The notes beneath the pieces were generated by a model that made no database searches, was not told the origin of the DNA, and saw nothing but the letters and a program-made list of their open reading frames with translations. From Pseudogymnoascus verrucosus (Eukaryota), in NCBI GenBank assembly GCA_001662655.1, contig KV460212.1: 64,000 nucleotides of DNA. The stretch is one strand, 5' to 3'. This document shows positions 61,901 to 64,000 of this stretch, piece by piece; positions within the stretch are counted from its first letter, which is position 1; every line of letters starts with the position of its first letter. A program made the translations under genes and the position numbers.

Positions 61901-64000
61901 GTTTTATCATTGCCACAGACAGCCTGAAGTCGGACATGTAAGTCCCCCATGCCTATATCAACTTGTAATACACTAATAAACTTCATAGCTGGGCTATTTC
62001 AAACTGTGGTCTCATTCTCGTAAAAGCTCTACTGGATTGCATGCTCGGTACAAGCGATAACAAAGCTGCAACTGAGGCCGGATGGGATGGTCGATCCATC
62101 AGGATCTCCTACGACCGATACAAGGGTTTACCAGAGGTTCTCTTGCGTCTCTTGAAAATAGACTCTAGCATCCCAGCCCAGACAAACCTCGTTTTCCCGG
62201 CGCTTGAGTTTGCAAGGCGCGTGGGACCCCCGGAAAAAAATAGGGCTCAATTCAGAGAGGACTTTTACAACAGCGTCATCAAGCACCTCAATTGTCCCAT
62301 ATGGATCTTTCGAGATCTTGCAGCAAGAACGGCCAGTACGTTCTTGTTGGAAGACAACTGGAAGGCTCCCATAATTGAACTTCTGGAGTCGAAGTCATTT
62401 TCAACGAATGGGCTTCATGGTATCTTCTTGCTCATTAGATACTTGATTGAGAAGCGATTGGATTTGGATAAGCCACTGACCAAAGGTATGATAATATCCA
62501 GCCACATAAAGCATAGTTCATACTAACGTTGCCAAAGATGATTTAATCGACCTGTTGAAAGCGATGAGCATAAGAATCCTACCATATGGCGCCAATCCTA
62601 CTGACAAATTCCTCATCGCTGCGTACGAGGAAGCCATGTTCCCGATATACCAGAGGATATTCAAAGATATGCCAGGGAGCGAGCACCCCGCCTTCCCGTT
62701 CTCTAGCATGGAGTGGTTCGATCAAGGCCAAGCTATATTGGACGAGATGGGGATGGCTGTAGTGAAGGAGCTTAACGACCGCCCAGCGGACGAGCGTAAT
62801 AGTCTCGCAAACAACACCCAAATCGTTCACTTGCTTTACATAATAAGGATGGAGAAGTCTCTATGTCGCATAACCGATGGGAGTATTTCTTGGGACAATG
62901 TCACTGACGATGCTGCGGCTGAGTTGCTGCAGAGGGCCCCCAAAATATTTACCTTTTCCAGCTTAACTCTGGATGAAATCGTCGCCATGGTCCGCTTCTT
63001 CCAACCCTTCGTATTATCTGTCAAACGCTCAGAGAAAGTGAAGAGGCTTGCCCAAACCAACATTGCAGCTCTACTCGGGCAGCACGATTTCTTCTTCTTC
63101 TCGGATGAGCAAATCAACGAGCTTGCAGGTCTCCTCATCAACGACAGTTTCCTCTCTGATGACTACATGCACCTTGCCATCAGAAATGGTGTCGAAATTC
63201 CGATATTCATGGGACCCGGGCTGAGAAACGCGCGACTCATAACAAAAGGTCACGTCCTCCGCTTCCGCGTTCATGCATTTGAACGGCTGGGCGTCCATGA
63301 ATCATTTCCACCTTCTGAACTTGAGCTACGTATAGGGGCTGGGCTCCTGGCTTTCGGCGTAGAAGTCCTCAGCTTCATCCACAGCGGCCACGTACGCTCT
63401 CCTCTTCTCCCGCTCCTTTTTTATCCTCCGCTAACTCTGTCTAGGACTACGATATCCGCATGGCTGGGGCTACGGCGTTTTACAACTTTTACGACACCCA
63501 CGCCGATACTCTATTCATGGCGGCCACAAAGGGAAAGCACCTCACGCCCCTCCTAGCCCTCAACGTCGCCATCCTAGACTCCCTCATCGACGACGACCCC
63601 GACGTCCGCGAACTCGGCGCTGCCACCTTCAGCTCCCTAACCCTCAGCCCCGCCGTCGTCCCCGAAGCCTCCGCACAGTCCTTCTCCCACTGGCTCTACG
63701 ATAACTACTCCGACTCCGAGCCGTTCATCGCTGAAACCCTCCGCCGCATCACAAGCGGCAACGAACTCGGTACCTTCGATGGCCTAGAACCCGCCACGCT
63801 ATCCGACACGGCCCTTGCGCTCGCGAAGGCCATGGTCCCCGACAACGCGCTCTTCGCCGAGGAGGAGCAGAACCTGTATATAGACGAGCTGCGCGAGGCG
63901 CGGCTGTGGTGCGAGGTGTTTGCTCGCGCTGAGGGCAGCCAGTGGGACCGCGTGACGGCCAAGCTGTTGATGTGGGCTGTGAAGTCTATGCTCGCTATAA
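58903..64000 (+). CDS. TRM732: Trm732/THADA-family HEAT-repeat protein (tRNA methyltransferase cofactor, DUF2428), multi-exon, runs off the right edge
   Basis: CHDSPEG, LSYSFRACHES, LASLRHRGAFSTV, STTRRSAGLPGLI, PQVHAMNSIKDVF, WAISNCGLIL motifs across exons; first intron 58977-59023. Confidence 0.88.

Overview
Fungal (filamentous ascomycete, Pezizomycotina-type) genomic DNA with spliceosomal introns; no prokaryotic features or CRISPR arrays. 0.1-11.3 kb holds a quinate-utilisation cluster (qutA, qutE, qutG, qutB, qutD, qutC; the repressor qutR is not in the window) with a ~430-bp MITE-like insertion. Next come an F-box-like orphan, a GH5, a GH20 with lesions, a small velvet-like gene, a 1238-aa repeat-rich orphan, a 3-exon HeLo/pseudokinase/trypsin-like protease fusion and a folylpolyglutamate synthase paralogue. 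A rearranged-looking block (hairpin tandem repeats, assembly gap, NiCoT pseudogene, cAMP-receptor-like GPCR, tRNA-Leu) is followed by a TALE homeobox gene with ~8.5 kb of upstream non-coding DNA, tRNA-Ser, a 56-bp higher-order minisatellite, tRNA-Tyr, UBP12, an orphan, TIM23 and a right-truncated TRM732/THADA gene. Best candidates for new biology: the MLKL-like HeLo-pseudokinase protein fused to an apparently intact serine protease, a possible ACG-initiated NLS-bearing UBP12 isoform, a compensated frameshift in GH20, and a hairpin repeat family with compensatory changes. All family calls come from motif recognition by eye, not database searches; exon boundaries were inferred manually.
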